Shown one piece after another: positions 12,851-26,320 of a stretch of 64,000 nucleotides of DNA. How positions within the stretch are numbered: position 1 is the first letter of the stretch; every line of letters begins with the position of its first letter. Made by a program: the position numbers and the translations under genes. The DNA is from Callorhinchus milii (lineage: Eukaryota): contig NW_024704745.1 of assembly GCF_018977255.1 (NCBI RefSeq), positions 23,002,001 through 23,066,000 on the forward strand, given 5' to 3'. The notes under the pieces were generated by a model that searched no databases, was not told where the DNA came from, and worked only from the letters and a program-made list of their open reading frames with translations.

Positions 12851-15224
12851 AATATAATACGTCTCCTTTAGAAGATTAAAATAATTGTGACATGATTAAC
12901 TAAGTTTTGTGAGGAAATAATTTGTAGTTGCCTACCAGAACATTTATATCCAACATATATTATAATGCTGGAGTTTGTGTTATTGCAACTCTCAGAATGT
13001 TTGAATGTCAAAGCTTTCCAAAATACGCTAATAAAATTTCACCCAAAAAATACACAGACTACTTTACAGTATATCCTGTAAAAATGCTTTGAGACGTTTT
13101 GACGACACGATAAGCCTCTATATCAAATGCAAGAATTATTTAAATACAGATGCAAGAAAAGCTGTCATTATTGTTATACATATCCTGTATGTAAGATGAG
13201 GTCATTTTTTCATTCCAGTTTTGCGTTTTAAAATTTCGGTAGAAACTTTTTTAATGTTAAAAAATGGCTGTGCAATATTGACAACATCACAAATTTGGTC
13301 AAATGTGTCAACTTGTAGAATGTCATAGTGATATTCACTAAGATCTAAAATTATGCTGTGGCATTAATAGAGCTATGTCACCCTGAAAATGAAATTGGTG
13401 AGTTTCCTGACACGTAAGCAAGTGCAAACCCCTGTGACATCATTGAAAATAATTGTTTGGAGGACTGTGCTAAACTACATTTTTATCAATATGACTGTGA
13501 ATTGTCCATCATGTGATTCAAACAGGCAGATTCACAAATTCCTATAATCCCTCAATATGATGATTAACAGGAGCAAGGGAGGCTACAGAAGCTTATTTAA
13601 GATGCCTGAAATCCACTTTATGCACAATGTAGCAGAACAGGCAGCATCTTGAGCCTGAACACAAATTCATTTATTTTAATAAAAAAAAAGCTTTTATTTT
13701 CTTCTCATTTCCCTGGCCTTCCCAGGACACACATTAACTGGAGCTGAGAAGGCAGACAAATGATGACCTACTCAGATGCCTCTACCAATTATACTCTGAC
13801 CTGGCACCAGCAACAGTGCAAAAGCAGTAGGTGATGATTCTCTATCCAATTTCCTCTCTCTCCCAACTACTCAGAATGTGCCTGGCTTACCTTTGACACT
13901 CCACACAGCATGCACATGAAGTTAGAAATCTTGTGGTTTTAGGAATTGTGCTCACAACCAATCCTATCATTCTGTAATTCTGGATAGTGGTCCTACAATG
14001 GTGTGCCTTTTGGAGCACATCTTTGAGCATTGATTTAAACATGTAGAGAACAATGACTTCAAATATCTTAAAGAATTTATTTGATAGGAAATTGTATATT
14101 TATATACTATATATATTTATGTAGTTATTAGAATTGTTTACTTGTTTGTCGTCTGGTCTGAATCAGAACAAACTCGGATAAATTAGATCAGTTCAAATTG
14201 GTTCAGAGTTCATCCCTGTGGTAATTGTAAATTGAGCCCAGTAACCTGCCAAAGCAAGGCCGAAAAGGCTAACTATTCAGATCCTGATCAAATGTTCCAG
14301 AAGTACTGGACTGACTCAAGAACCATTAAGCAGAGGCACATTTGATTGCTAGTATTTTATAAAGCAACTGAATTGCACATTTTTAAAAAATAATTTACAG
14401 GCCATATGTGAAAAATACTTACAGGACAAATGCATAGTATATATGGTAGGGCAAATGCTTATTTTATGACTCTAATTCTATTCTCAAATTGTCATTCAGA
14501 GTTAATATTTGATTTAATTGATCTATGCTGAAACTGCACCAATAAGTCAAAAATTTATCTTTCCAATCTCATTTCATTTTGAATATATTTGCTGGAGAAT
14601 AAAAAAGAAATAGCAACAGTTCTGTCCGGTTTATGCTTGCTGCTGCTCTCTGTTGCTTCTGCTTAGCTCTGAGAATGAAGACAGTCGATTTCAAAGTATA
14701 TGTGGCAACCCTCAAACATTCTGCAGACTCCTTCTCCAATTCCTGTATACAAGAAGCTTTTCACATATGGACATATGGAATAGAGTTGAAAAAACACGGT
14801 ACTGAAATATTCAGATAATTATTCCTATTAATTGATCTCTAGCATTGATGGATAGCTCAGTATGTTGAGTCCTATACATAACAACAATTATCACCTAGTT
14901 GTAAAAAACAGATACCAAATACTAGTACATACAATACAAAATTACATTTGTATAGTGCCTTTCAGTCAGGAGGATGTCCCAATTTTATGATACATCTGAA
15001 ACATTCCTACCCTTTCCTTGTCTGATTCAAACCACACTCACCTATTAATTGCCACTGTTGGTGCAACCTGTAACTTGCCCATTTCAGATTATTCAGGCCT
15101 TTGCCTTCTTTGCTGTTAAGTATCATAAGAACATACGTCACAATTACTTATGCCACAAAATCAGCAATTTCTGAACTTCCAGCTGAATACTTTGTTGTCT
15201 GATTAGGAGCTTGATTGGTATCAA

Positions 15225-15421
15225 AACTCTGCGACACTCTCCCACAATACCTCCGTCTTGCCCCCTCACTCCCCTCTTTCAAGTCATGCCTGAAATCTTT
15301 CCTCTTCGACCGTGCTTACAGTCACCTCCTGCCCATCCCGGCTCGGAGTCAGCCTCCGCCACTGTTACGTGGTCTGAGACGTTACCCTGGGTGGAGGGCG
15401 CTATACAAGTGCAAGTTGTTT
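15225..15421 (+). mobile_element. L2 3' fragment (B-related tail)
   Basis: Translates to LPQYLRLAPSLPSFKSCLKSFLFDRAY. The tail is ctgagacgttaccctgggtggagggcgctatac. Confidence 0.85.
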
Positions 15422-15904
15422 TTTTTACTTGACAGAAAGATGGTGATATTAAAGGTTCTAATTGATTGATTAAACAAACTAATTGATTGATAACAATATG
15501 TTTCTGAGGGTTTATTTCCAATGCAGAGAAAGATGTGAGATAGAAATCCTATACCAGAGAATTTGTGCAAAATAATCTCTAACCTTGCCTTCTTTCTTGC
15601 TTCAACATCCCAGTTCCCACCATCCATGGCCAAGGTGGGAACAACTTTTAAACTTTGGTTTTATAGGCTGAAAACAAGATTCTTAGCATTACAATAGGGT
15701 GAACAATAAAGCTGTTCATGCTTGAACCAGAGCACCTGCATCTTTGTGTTTTCTGTCATTGCAAAACATTGACATGGAAAACAAACAGCAAAGCTTCATA
15801 CTACAATTCCCCTGTCTGAAGAATGCACTTCACACAATGTATTTTCTAAAATGCTATTTCTTGTTTCCAAAAACTAAAAGGCAATGGTAAAAACTCAGTA
15901 TATA

Positions 15905-16006
15905 CCTCTCCCTCTTCTCCTGGCTCGGGGGCAGATTCCGACACTGTGAAGCACTCCAGATCACTAACCCACGTGAAGGGCACTATATAAATGCAAGTTG
16001 TTGTTG
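15905..16006 (+). mobile_element. L2 3' tail fragment
   Basis: ggctcggggg...ctgtgaagcactcc...cacgtgaagggcactatataaatgcaag followed by (TTG)n. Confidence 0.7.
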
Positions 16007-16317
16007 ATTTTGTATATATGTGGTATTGGAAAATATCTAACTTGGTAACTCTTTACTCTTTAATGTTTTAAAGTCTTTATTTGCTCTTAAAACAAATAGG
16101 GTCAATTGCAAAAGGCGTCTGCTGCATTACAGTTGTTGTGCCACCTAATGTACCAAAGAAAGCATTGCAAGTCCTAAGATTTCACTGGCATCGCTACTGT
16201 ACATTGTCACAATCATAGTTACTGTGGTCAAATTAAATTCATAGCATAGACTTATAAACAATTAGAAATGTAAGTCGTTGTATTTTGTTTTGTTGCAAAA
16301 TCAAGCATCAACACCAG

Positions 16318-16318
<1 letters not shown>

Positions 16319-16352
<34 letters not shown>

Positions 16353-16647
16353 CCTTGCATTTGATATAGCGCTTTTCACGTCGGGAGGACGTCCCAAAGC
16401 GCTTCACAGAACACACTGTAAAGTGAATTGACTGTATATTTGTGGGCGAACGCGGCAGCCAATTGCGCACAGCAATGTCCCACAAACAGCCGTAGATTGA
16501 AAATGACCAATTTATTATTGTTTTTGGTGGGATTATTATTAGGCGTGTGGAGTAAGAAACTTGCCCAAGGTTTCGCCCTGCCTGGAATTGAACTCAAGTC
16601 TCTCACTTGCAAAGCGAGTGCTCTAACCACTGAACTACAGGAATCCA
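16319..16647 (-). mobile_element. Young tRNA-Ala-derived SINE, full length
   Basis: A and B boxes, anticodon arm CTCGC-TTTGCAA-GTGAG, L2-type tail and (TTA)n. TSD-like CCAGATA at 16314-16320 and 16645-16651. Confidence 0.92.
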
Positions 16648-18029
16648 GATACCAATTTCAAGATGTAAGCTGAAATTGCACAAGTGATATTTAAACAGCA
16701 CAAGTGAAATGTACTCACTCATGTTCACACCTTTCTGATCAGGAGTCAGTGCAACACACATCAGACATTAAGGGACATTATCAGGCATAGATTGCTATCA
16801 TTCACATCATCATTATGGTTGTTTGTATATTTCCTTTGCCAGATTACAATAAGGTGAAAAGCATGAAAGGCGCTTTTTCACATGGAAGGATTGTTATTAT
16901 TTCTTAAGGTTCCTTCATCATTAAGCTAGAAAAAATGTTTCATATTGCAAATAGTTGTAACTAATTTTTATCTGATAATATTTCTTGTACTCTTTAAGCT
17001 ATACACTATAATGATATTGCAGCAATATGCACTATAAGAACTATAAAAATATATTTAATTATTCGGTTAGCTAAATGAATCACAACTGAATTTGTACCAA
17101 TCCATTGTGTAGCTCATCCCTCCCTATCTCTTGCTGTTTCTATCCTTTCACATCTCTTGATTTTGATCTTGCAATTGTACACATGACAACTCAGGAATGC
17201 TCACTATTGTGATGTAGCTCCAGTTTACCTAGATTTAAATTTTTCCTCAATTTAAATCCCTTCACTTGCAACCCTCCCCCTACCTTCAAAAGCCTCTTAA
17301 AAACATACCTATTTGATGGTATCTTTGGTCAACGCCTTTGAGTAGCAAAAAAAATGGAAAAGAGCCAACCAAACACACTCTCCCAGATTGATTTTAACAA
17401 AGTTTAAATACTGTTCGACATTCTCTTATGTTCCCCTTTAGTGTATCGTAATCTTCAAATACCACCCTTACTGCACCACTAATTTTATTGTGTTCCTCCT
17501 GACTCATCCTCAAGATCATTCCACGCTCACTTTGTACAGCCTTAAACAAATGACACATTGATTCATGCTTCAACATAGTTAAATTCAGTTAATTACTTGA
17601 GGGGGCAGCAAATAAACATTCCAGGTTCTGGTGCAAAGCATTCTATATCCAGTACTGAAATGGTGCACTGAATATTTTAAGGGCATTGAAGACTGATGGT
17701 AAACATTTAATAAGCAATAAACGCAAATTGGTTGTGAAATACAGTCACTGCATTTTACTGTAATTCCCTTGAAGCACTTTGAAACATCCTTCCAATGTGA
17801 AAGGTGCTATATCAAATCGAATAATTATTATTATAAATATTTTGAGTCATAGCAGAAACAAATAACTTATATTTTTAATTGCGTCTTATCAAGTCTAAAT
17901 ATCTTAAAGCATTTTTCAGTCATTCCCATCAAATCTTACAGTGATGAGCGGAGGGTAGAGTGGGTGTTCTTGAGGGATGAGATCAGATCAGCCTTCTTCA
18001 TCCAGACCATTCTTGTGATCTTGTGCGTG

Positions 18030-18315
18030 TTTTGGGAAGGAAATATGGCAGCCATTTTGTGCACAACATGGTTCCACAAAAATGAGGTAAATGGCTAATT
18101 TACCTGGAGGACTGCTGAGCAGGATACTGGCAGAAACTTCCTTCTCTTTTCAAATAGTGTCATAGTGTCTTTAATATCCACTTGAGTAGGTGAAAAAGAC
18201 AATGCAGTGCTCGCCCTAGTATTAAACTGATGTGTCAATTGACTATGAATTCAAACCTGTCAAGGGACTTGAACCCACGACTTTCTGACCCAGAGGTGTT
18301 ACCAACAGAGCCAAC
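18030..18315 (-). mobile_element. Old DeuSINE
   Basis: ggcagccattttgtgcacaac...tctttaatatccacttga...gggacttgaacccacgactttctgacccagagg. Confidence 0.7.
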
Positions 18316-18669
18316 GGACAAAGAAAAAGATACAATAATTCTCCTTCTTTGCTCTACAAGTTTGGTTCAAGAAACAACTTGTCACTGTTAAGTCACAGAC
18401 AATAAAATCCCATATGAGTTTTAATAGTTACCATTGCTTCATAATACTTTACCCGATACCGTTTCTGACAAGTTAATAATACAGCAGGATCTTGACATAT
18501 TCATGATCAGAATTGACAGATTAGAAAAAATGGCACAAGCAAACTCCAAATTGCTCATGTGTTCCATCAAGATCATATCAGTGCTAATGGATATGATACC
18601 CTCCATAAATTAAACAAGGTCTATCAAATAAAATCGGCTCCATGGGGACTTTGATTCTTATAATCACTG

Positions 18670-19025
18670 CATTTGATATGGTACCTTTCACATCAGGGGG
18701 CAGTCTTGAAGCACTTCACAGGATATACTGCGAAGTGTAATGATTGTGTATGTTGTGGACAAACACAGCAACCAATTTTCACACAGCAAAATCCCACAAA
18801 CAACTATAAAATGAAAGACCAATTCTATACGGGGATTTGTCAGCCAGGACACCAGGAGAAACTCTTCTTTTTTGAATAGTGCCATAGGGTCTTCAATGTC
18901 CAACTGAACAGGCATGCAGAACCTCAGTCTCAGATCTCATCCAGAGAACAGCACCTCCAAACACACCCAAGCACTGCAATGAGTATCAGCCGAGTGCCAG
19001 ATATAATTTCAAAGTCCCATCCAGG
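18670..19025 (-). mobile_element. Old DeuSINE
   Basis: Tail tgcatttgatatgg and core gccatagggtcttcaatgtccaactgaacagg...atctcatcc. Confidence 0.75.
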
Positions 19026-20142
19026 AGATTTGCAAAGCTGCAGAAAGTATTGATTCATCTCAGAATATTGCAAACACTATGAAAACAGAAGCTGCCAACC
19101 TGTAAAAGATTGGAAAGCTTCACTGGAGTCTGACACTCCCATGTGTTTTTTTCACATTACATTATTGTTTTCAAAATGAGGCATTATATCATATTTGGCT
19201 GAGTGTTATTACAACTGGGGTTTTGGAAACAAGTATTACTGGAATTAATTTCTACTCAATTTGCAACGAATGATTAGATTGTATTTCTGTCAGTGCAGGA
19301 AACATTTCTGAGAAGCAAATTTTGCCTAGATTTAGAGCAAGATCAGCATCCAAATTAATATTTATACAGTGAAATATATTGTTTCAACATTTTCACAACT
19401 TCTTGAGTGTTGAATTGTTAAAATAAATGGCAAAGATATCCCAGAAAGGATATATATTTAGAGAATTGTCTTGATTAGTGTATTATTCTCAGAGTGTTAT
19501 ACATCTATTTCAAATGCTGTAGATGATACGTTATAAGGTACATTAAAATCCAAAAATGATCCTCTTAAGCACAGGAGACAACATAATTATATAGCCACCT
19601 GAATAAAATGTATAATCTTCAGGACACCACCAGCTTACTTGCTAAAATATTTATGCAAGTCCCACCATGCATGCATAATACATATAAGTGGTATCCTTCA
19701 TAATTGGTCATTTCATCATTTCTATAAATGCATATAATTAACTGCTATGGGTGGTGTTAATGTTTGACTTTTATCTGTATATTACCACTGTGATTCCTAA
19801 GTAAGCATAGTCAAAGCAGGATTCTGTGATTAGGAAATATCAGTGTCATGGATTTAGCACAGATCTTTGTTCCTGATCAAATAGCAAAAGATAGTTCCAC
19901 GGATACAGTATGTAGAGAATAATGGAAACCTGAGGACTGAGTTACAAGGCTGTCATTCCAATTAACGGTACAAATGGCATTATGAACCCTGGGAGTGGAG
20001 AAAAGCAGTTTATACTGTCGTTTGAATATTGAGATAAGATTACAACTCAGACTCAATCTCTGTTACTGCAGTATTTCCAAATAATGTAACATGTTGGCTT
20101 GTGACAGATTTTATTTGCTTTTCATATTTTATTCACTCCAAG

Positions 20143-20265
20143 ATAATAATAATAATAATAATAATCCTTGCATTTGATATAGCGCTTTTCACGTCGGGAG
20201 GACGTCCCAAAGCGCTTCACAGAACACACTGTAAAGTGAATTGACTGTATATTTGTGGGCGAACG
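20143..20265 (-). mobile_element. Young SINE, 5'-truncated 3' fragment
   Basis: Essentially identical to 16330-16452. Confidence 0.9.
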
Positions 20266-23200
20266 AAGGAAGATCTCCTTAATGCACAATACAAATTCAT
20301 TAACATCATCGTCAGTTTACTAGTCTCTTGTGATAAAGTCCATAGGATTTAAACAAAACATAAGACTTTAACACAAGAGTTTGCTGACATTTTACAGATT
20401 CCAGGCATAGTATCGAATTGTATAAATTATTCATACAAACAATTTATTACCTAACAAATTGAAGGGATGGTTATATCATATTCAAGTAGTAAGAGGAAAG
20501 TGCTAATCTTTCATGCTCCCTTGATGACAATACTTAACAAATTAGCAAAGAACCTAACTGCTGATTTACTTGCATGGCTGAAACTAAAAGGACATCTCTT
20601 TTTACTAGTTTTATCTGAATTTATTTTATTCACTAATCAATCACCTTTTTCCTTCTTTGGGCAGGAAGTAGGAAGATTCTGTAAAATCAATATCACCTCA
20701 GAAACAAAATTGCAACAAATTTCCTTATAATAGTGTGTTTTGAATTGAGTAGGTAACCCACATTCTTGTAATAAAATAAGTGCTGAGACGAAAAAGTCCA
20801 TAAGAATAGAAAATCTATCTTATCCACACCATGTGAACAAATTTGTTCTCAAGTGTTAAATTCATTAAAAGAAAATAAAGTTGTCATCTCAGACAATTCC
20901 ATCAACAGCAAACAAACTCAGACATGGGTTCTCAATGAGCTAGAAGGTAGTAGAGAAACATTCAGGTTTATTCTCTGGGAAAAAAAAACTTTTTTTTTTA
21001 AATGGCTTTAACTGAGTCAGCAAATATTTGGAAGGTCAAAGGTAAGGCACGAAAATATCTGCATGAAAGAGCAATGGTCTTTCTCATTGTCAAGGCTCCA
21101 TTGCCCACTGTCTCATCGTCCCAATGAATGGCAATCAACTTTGGCTGAAGTAGAGCAAGAAACCATCTTTACAGGAGCAATCCTAATCACATTTGATTGG
21201 CAACTTGAAAAACACCCTCACTAGGATATTTGGACTTTAAATTGTAGTTCCACGACAAACACAGATCTGAGCTGCCCTCTATTTTCTCTCTCATTCTTTA
21301 ACTATTAAACAGTTTGAAGAGAATGGAATGGTTAAATAACTGAGATATGATTTCAAGCTCAAAGCTATGTTTTGAAAGTTGGATCATTGAGGTGCAGCTC
21401 TACGTAAAGTACACCTGCCAATAACTTAAGATGCACTTTGCATGTTACAGAAATATTACTTTAATTCAAGTTACCGTACTCAGCTACATAAAGAGGAAAG
21501 CCTGCTGAAACAGGACTAATTGTGTGCTTTGTTCTGACTGTTTCAACCATCCTCTATTGAGGACTGGCCTGTGACCGAACTGAATATAGATAACGCCCTT
21601 TCTCGTTTCTTTCTAAAATGCTTTTGCTTTATGTATTAACCACTCTGTCTCAACTTAGTATTGGGAAGGAGGAGTTTCCTGCATTGGGAACAGCATGCTC
21701 AGTGGTCATAGGATCCCTGGTAAATGCAAGTGAAAACACAATGGAAGGTTTTAAAATGTACCCTGAACACTAAACAAATTTACTGTCAATAGGAACTTCT
21801 TTTGGATCACTTGGCATTAATTCATCCGCATTAAAACAACGCATGCAGTCAGGAATGAGTATTGGATGGTGAGTAGTTTGTTTGTTGGATTGGTGTCTTC
21901 AAGAAAATTAATGAAATTTCAGGGAAATACAATAAAAGTTATTGTTTTCAGGAAATACCAGCTGTATAATTTTTAATATTAATCAAAACTCTCTTGAATA
22001 CTGAATACTTATAGACCCTACACTGTCAAGTGTATTAATGTGCGATAAAGAGTGTGACATTTTGTTAAGGAGAGAATGATCTGTTTAAGATGTCTAGGGG
22101 CTATTCCCTCCTTGTTGGTAAATTTATAGAGAATAATAGCACATTGCTAAGTTGACAACCAAAGCCGTCAAATTTACTCGTAAGCAGAGACAGGAAACAA
22201 CTTTTTATTATATCATTACATCTTGGTAACTATGCTTGCTTCAATAAAGATTGTCTTTGTATCAAAGAAAATTATATAAACATACAGTTTTTCAAGACTA
22301 TGTCACATGCTGAATACACCAATTTTAACTTGTGTTTCAGTTTGTTTCAAAAGTTGCAATTCAGCCAATCAAAACAATTTGTCTAGGTCTTTTGTGAAAC
22401 ACAATTGCTATTAAGAAAGTCTGAGGCTAGGAAGTTGCTTCTCTTTCACCCAACCCACAATGCGCGACTCAAAATGTCTCATTTTATGTGTTCCTTCCTT
22501 GCACAGGAACACTTAAGTTAAATCCAACATATGAATTTAACAAATTCAGCAAATGTAGCAGGTGCTTTGAGTATATACCAGAGTACTGCTATGAATTTAC
22601 TCAACAAGAGAGAATTTAAAAAATACACCGTAAATAAATCTGTTGTGTCAATTAAATGTTACTGTTTAGAAAATCTTTTGGCCTCTCATTTGTTGTCTTG
22701 ACAACTATTGCTGCCTAACAAAAGCAGCTAATCTTCAATGTTACTTTTGTCAGGATACAAAATGTCCAGGAAGAGAATTAATACTGTGTGTGATGCCCGT
22801 GTAAATGTTGGAATATTTTAGTTTCCATAGTGATGATCATCGGATTGACAACAAAAGGTACATAACTGGCAGATTGCAACATATGCATTTAAGTAGTTTG
22901 AAATACTCGGAACCAAATATAAGATAGTCACAGACATCTATTGAGTAAAACATGGTTTCCCACGGTGAAATAACACCCAGAAATAGCAGGGTCGTGCGCA
23001 GTGAATAACTGTGAACAGAGTTTAACAGTTTTCAATATAGTTTTCATTTGTTGGAAATAGGGTTATGAAGCAGTCCTGAATACACCAATTAAGCTCATTA
23101 AGTGGTGGTTAGATGCAACTAAAGTAAACTGCTTTAATTGCTCAACATCACAAAGGCCTGTGAACATGTCAGTTACAAGTCATATTTAAAACTGGCGCTG

Positions 23201-23349
23201 ATGGGATAAATTCTCACCAAGTCCTAAAAGAAACATTGAATTTAAATCGGTTGTCATTTTCAGAGGATGATTGCAGCAAATAGAAGATTTATAAAACCCG
23301 TATTGAGAATTTCCTATTTCAAGGCAAAATCATGCAACAATCTAGCAAA

Positions 23350-23745
23350 ACAACAACAAAATTACATTTACAGAGTGTCTTTCACGTCCCAAATCGCTGA
23401 ACAGTCAGATGTCGGGGCCCGAGCATGGGGGAGGTGTGGTGTAGAGGTGAAGGAAGGCAGAGAGGTGGGAGGGAGACCAAAGGCACGGTCGAAGAGAAGG
23501 GTCTTGAGACCGGCCTTGAAGGAGGCAAGGGAGGAAGCGAGGCGAAGGGACCGTGGGATGGAGTTCCAGAGTGTGGGGGCAGAGAGGCTGAAAACCCGGC
23601 CACTGATGGTAGGGCGGGTCGGGCGGGAGACATGGAGCAAGCCGGAGCCCGATGAACAGAGGGAGCGGGCAGGTTGGTAGAGAGTCAGCAGGTCAGAGAG
23701 GTAGGAGGGGGCAAGGCCATGGACGGCCTTAAAGGTGAGGACTAA
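23350..23745 (-). mobile_element. L2 LINE 3' fragment
   Basis: Translates to [53 protein letters not shown]. The tail appears as (CAA)n on the + strand. Confidence 0.9.
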
Positions 23746-24161
23746 CTTTTCATTACAATCTTAGAATTCATAGGAATCATTAAAAGTCCGGAGATTACTA
23801 TCATGGGATACAATAAGTCAAGCATAGCTACATAATAAGTCTGTGTTTTTCATTTTCATTTGGGGATAACCATCCCCATCCCTTAAACATCTTGTCATGC
23901 GATCAATGACAAATGGATGTAACAGTGAGAACACAGGCAAAGAAGGTAATTTAAAAATTATTCTTTGAATGAACAGAACATGTGCCTATGGTTTATATTT
24001 CCTAATCTACTTCCATGTACACGTACAGTTGACCAGATCTCGATCTTCTCTGTATTCTGATTGTAACACCACTGATAGACCTTCTAATTGTTTCAAGGAA
24101 TGATGAAGGGGATCAGTGACATTACCTATTGACAGCAGCACAACAGGTCACAAACACTCAC

Positions 24162-24515
24162 CTTGGAGAGCTCGCCATCTTTGAGCAGAGCAAAGATGTT
24201 ATCTGAGTAAGACACTATGCCATCAAGTTTGAGTCCTAACATATTCCTCTGAGTTGATTTGTACTTGAGCTCCTTGTGGCTGGGATACGTTTGTGGCTGT
24301 CGGCTAGCTGTCTTAGGATGGCGCAAGAAAATGTGTGCAATTCTCATGCCAAGCCTCTCCAGCCTTTGAACAATAGATCCCATGTGCGACAAAGCTATAT
24401 TTTTGAACAATGCCCCACAATGCAGAAATGGGAGTTTTGCTTTAACAGTCCACGGGTATAACTTATCTGACTTAATTCTCTTCTTGGTAGATGTGATTTT
24501 TGCCACCAAGTTCAT
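24162..24515 (-). CDS. Candidate coding exon (118 codons), product unknown, NDK-like N-terminal motif
   Basis: Strong acceptor ttttcaacttttcttccgcag| at 24554, ATG at 24515 and consensus donor AAG|GTGAGT at 24162 (phase 0). The ORF lies in unique sequence. Confidence 0.33.
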
Positions 24516-25009
24516 TTCAGTGCCAGTATATCTATATATTTATTATTGGTGAAGCTGCGGAAGAAAAGTTGAAAAATGTCATGAATTATTATGTTCCATG
24601 CTTAATGAGATTATCGGAGTTGATTTTTTTTTCCAATGGTGGTGAAGCCAATTCGGAGTAAATTGCTAATCAGCACAGTTTGATTTATGTTAATAGAATC
24701 AAAACACCTAAAATTCTTTGTGATAAGAAAGGGGACCTTAAAAATTTAAATCACATGAGAAGCTTAGTGAATTGGCTCTGGCTTAGTCAATGCTATTTAT
24801 TGTTCTTTTGAATCTTATGAAAACAATTGTAGCAAAAATGCAAACCCCACAACTCTGGAGAACCTTTTATGTAAAACTTGTTAATATTACAGTTTCCCAC
24901 CAGTAACTATTGCTCAAGCATCTCGGAGGAAGATCCTGAGGTCATGATCAAGTTTATAGGACTAATTCACTTCTTATCACTCCTTTCTACATTTCTCCCA
25001 AAGATCTGA

Positions 25010-26000
25010 AATCATCCGTAGACATGGGGTCAACTTCCACATGTATGCGGATGACACTCAACTGTACCTCTCTGCCTCCACCCTTGACTCCAGGACCACT
25101 GCTGTCCTGACAGAATGTCTGTCAGACATCAAGTTTTGGATGAGAGCTAACTTTCTTCAGTTGAATGTCAATAAGACTGAGTCCCTCCTGATTGGCTCCT
25201 GTCGACGCCTCCACACCTCAGGCGCTGGATGCACACTCCACCTTACTAAGCCAGTCTGGAACCTTGGTGTCTTATTTAATCCTCAACTATCCTTTCTATC
25301 CCACATCCATGCCATGACCCGCTCTGTCTTCCCCCATCTCCGCAACAACGCCCAGCTCCGCCACAGTCTCAAACCGCAGGCTGCTGAAACCGTCATACAT
25401 GCATTCATAACATCGAGGCTTGACTATGCAAACTCCTTGCTCGTCATCCTCCCCAATTCTTCCCTCCATAGGCTGCAGATCATCTAGAACTCTGCAGCCA
25501 GTGTCCTCTCACCCACCAGGCTCCGTGACCCTATCAACCCCATCCTCGTCTGACTCCACTGGCTTCCCGTCACACAGAGGATACAGTTCAAGATCCCGGT
25601 CCTCACCTTCAAAGCCCTCCATGGTCTTGCTCCCCACTACCTCTGCGACCTCCTAACACCCTACCATCCTGCTCACTCCCTCCACTCAGCGGGCTCTGGC
25701 CTACTTCACGTCCCCCGCCTTGCTCGCCCCACCATTAGCAGGTGGGCCTTCTGCCACTCTGCTACCCCACTCTGGAACTCCATCCCACAGTCCCTCCGCC
25801 TCGCCCCCTCCCTTGCTTCCTTCAAGATTATCTCAAGGCCCTCCTCTTCAACCGTGCTTTCGATCACCCTGATCCTCCCCCTGCCCTCCACCCTCCCCAA
25901 TCACGACCCCCAGCTCGGGTCCAAAATACTGACGGTCCAGCGCCTTGGGATGTCCTCCCAACGTGAAAGGCGCTATACAAATGTAGTTTTGTTGTTGTTA
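25010..26000 (+). mobile_element. L2 LINE (A-related) 3' ~1 kb, decayed RT
   Basis: MYADDTQLY...LQLNVNKTE...HAFITSRLDYANSLL, followed by the tail stem-loop and (TTG)n. Confidence 0.93.
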
Positions 26001-26002
26001 TT

Positions 26003-26320
26003 GTGGTAGTGCTGCATTGTTGACAGGGCCATCCTTCAAATGAGACAATAAACTGAGATCCTGCCTGCCTGTTCAGGTGGACGTTGAAGTTCTCATGGTA
26101 CAATTTGAAAAGAGAAGGAAGTTTCTCCAAGTATCCTGGCCAAAAATTCCCCAAACAAAAATTGCTCATCACTTCACAAGGCTATTTTTAGGACATTGTT
26201 GTGTGCAGATTGGCTGCCATGATCGCCTATGAAATATACAGCAAATGCACTTTACTGTGAAGTGCTTTGAAAAATCCTTCCAACCTGGCGCTACATCAAA
26301 TATATATTATTATTGTTATT
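26003..26320 (+). mobile_element. Old DeuSINE, 3' portion
   Basis: ccttcaaatgagacaataaactgag...ttcaggtggacgttgaag...gtgcagattggctgcc followed by (TTA)n. Confidence 0.75.

Noticed and set aside
17394-17576. 60-aa protein-like ORF on the minus strand
   Set aside because: It is short, has no recognisable motif and no supporting splice-site pair.
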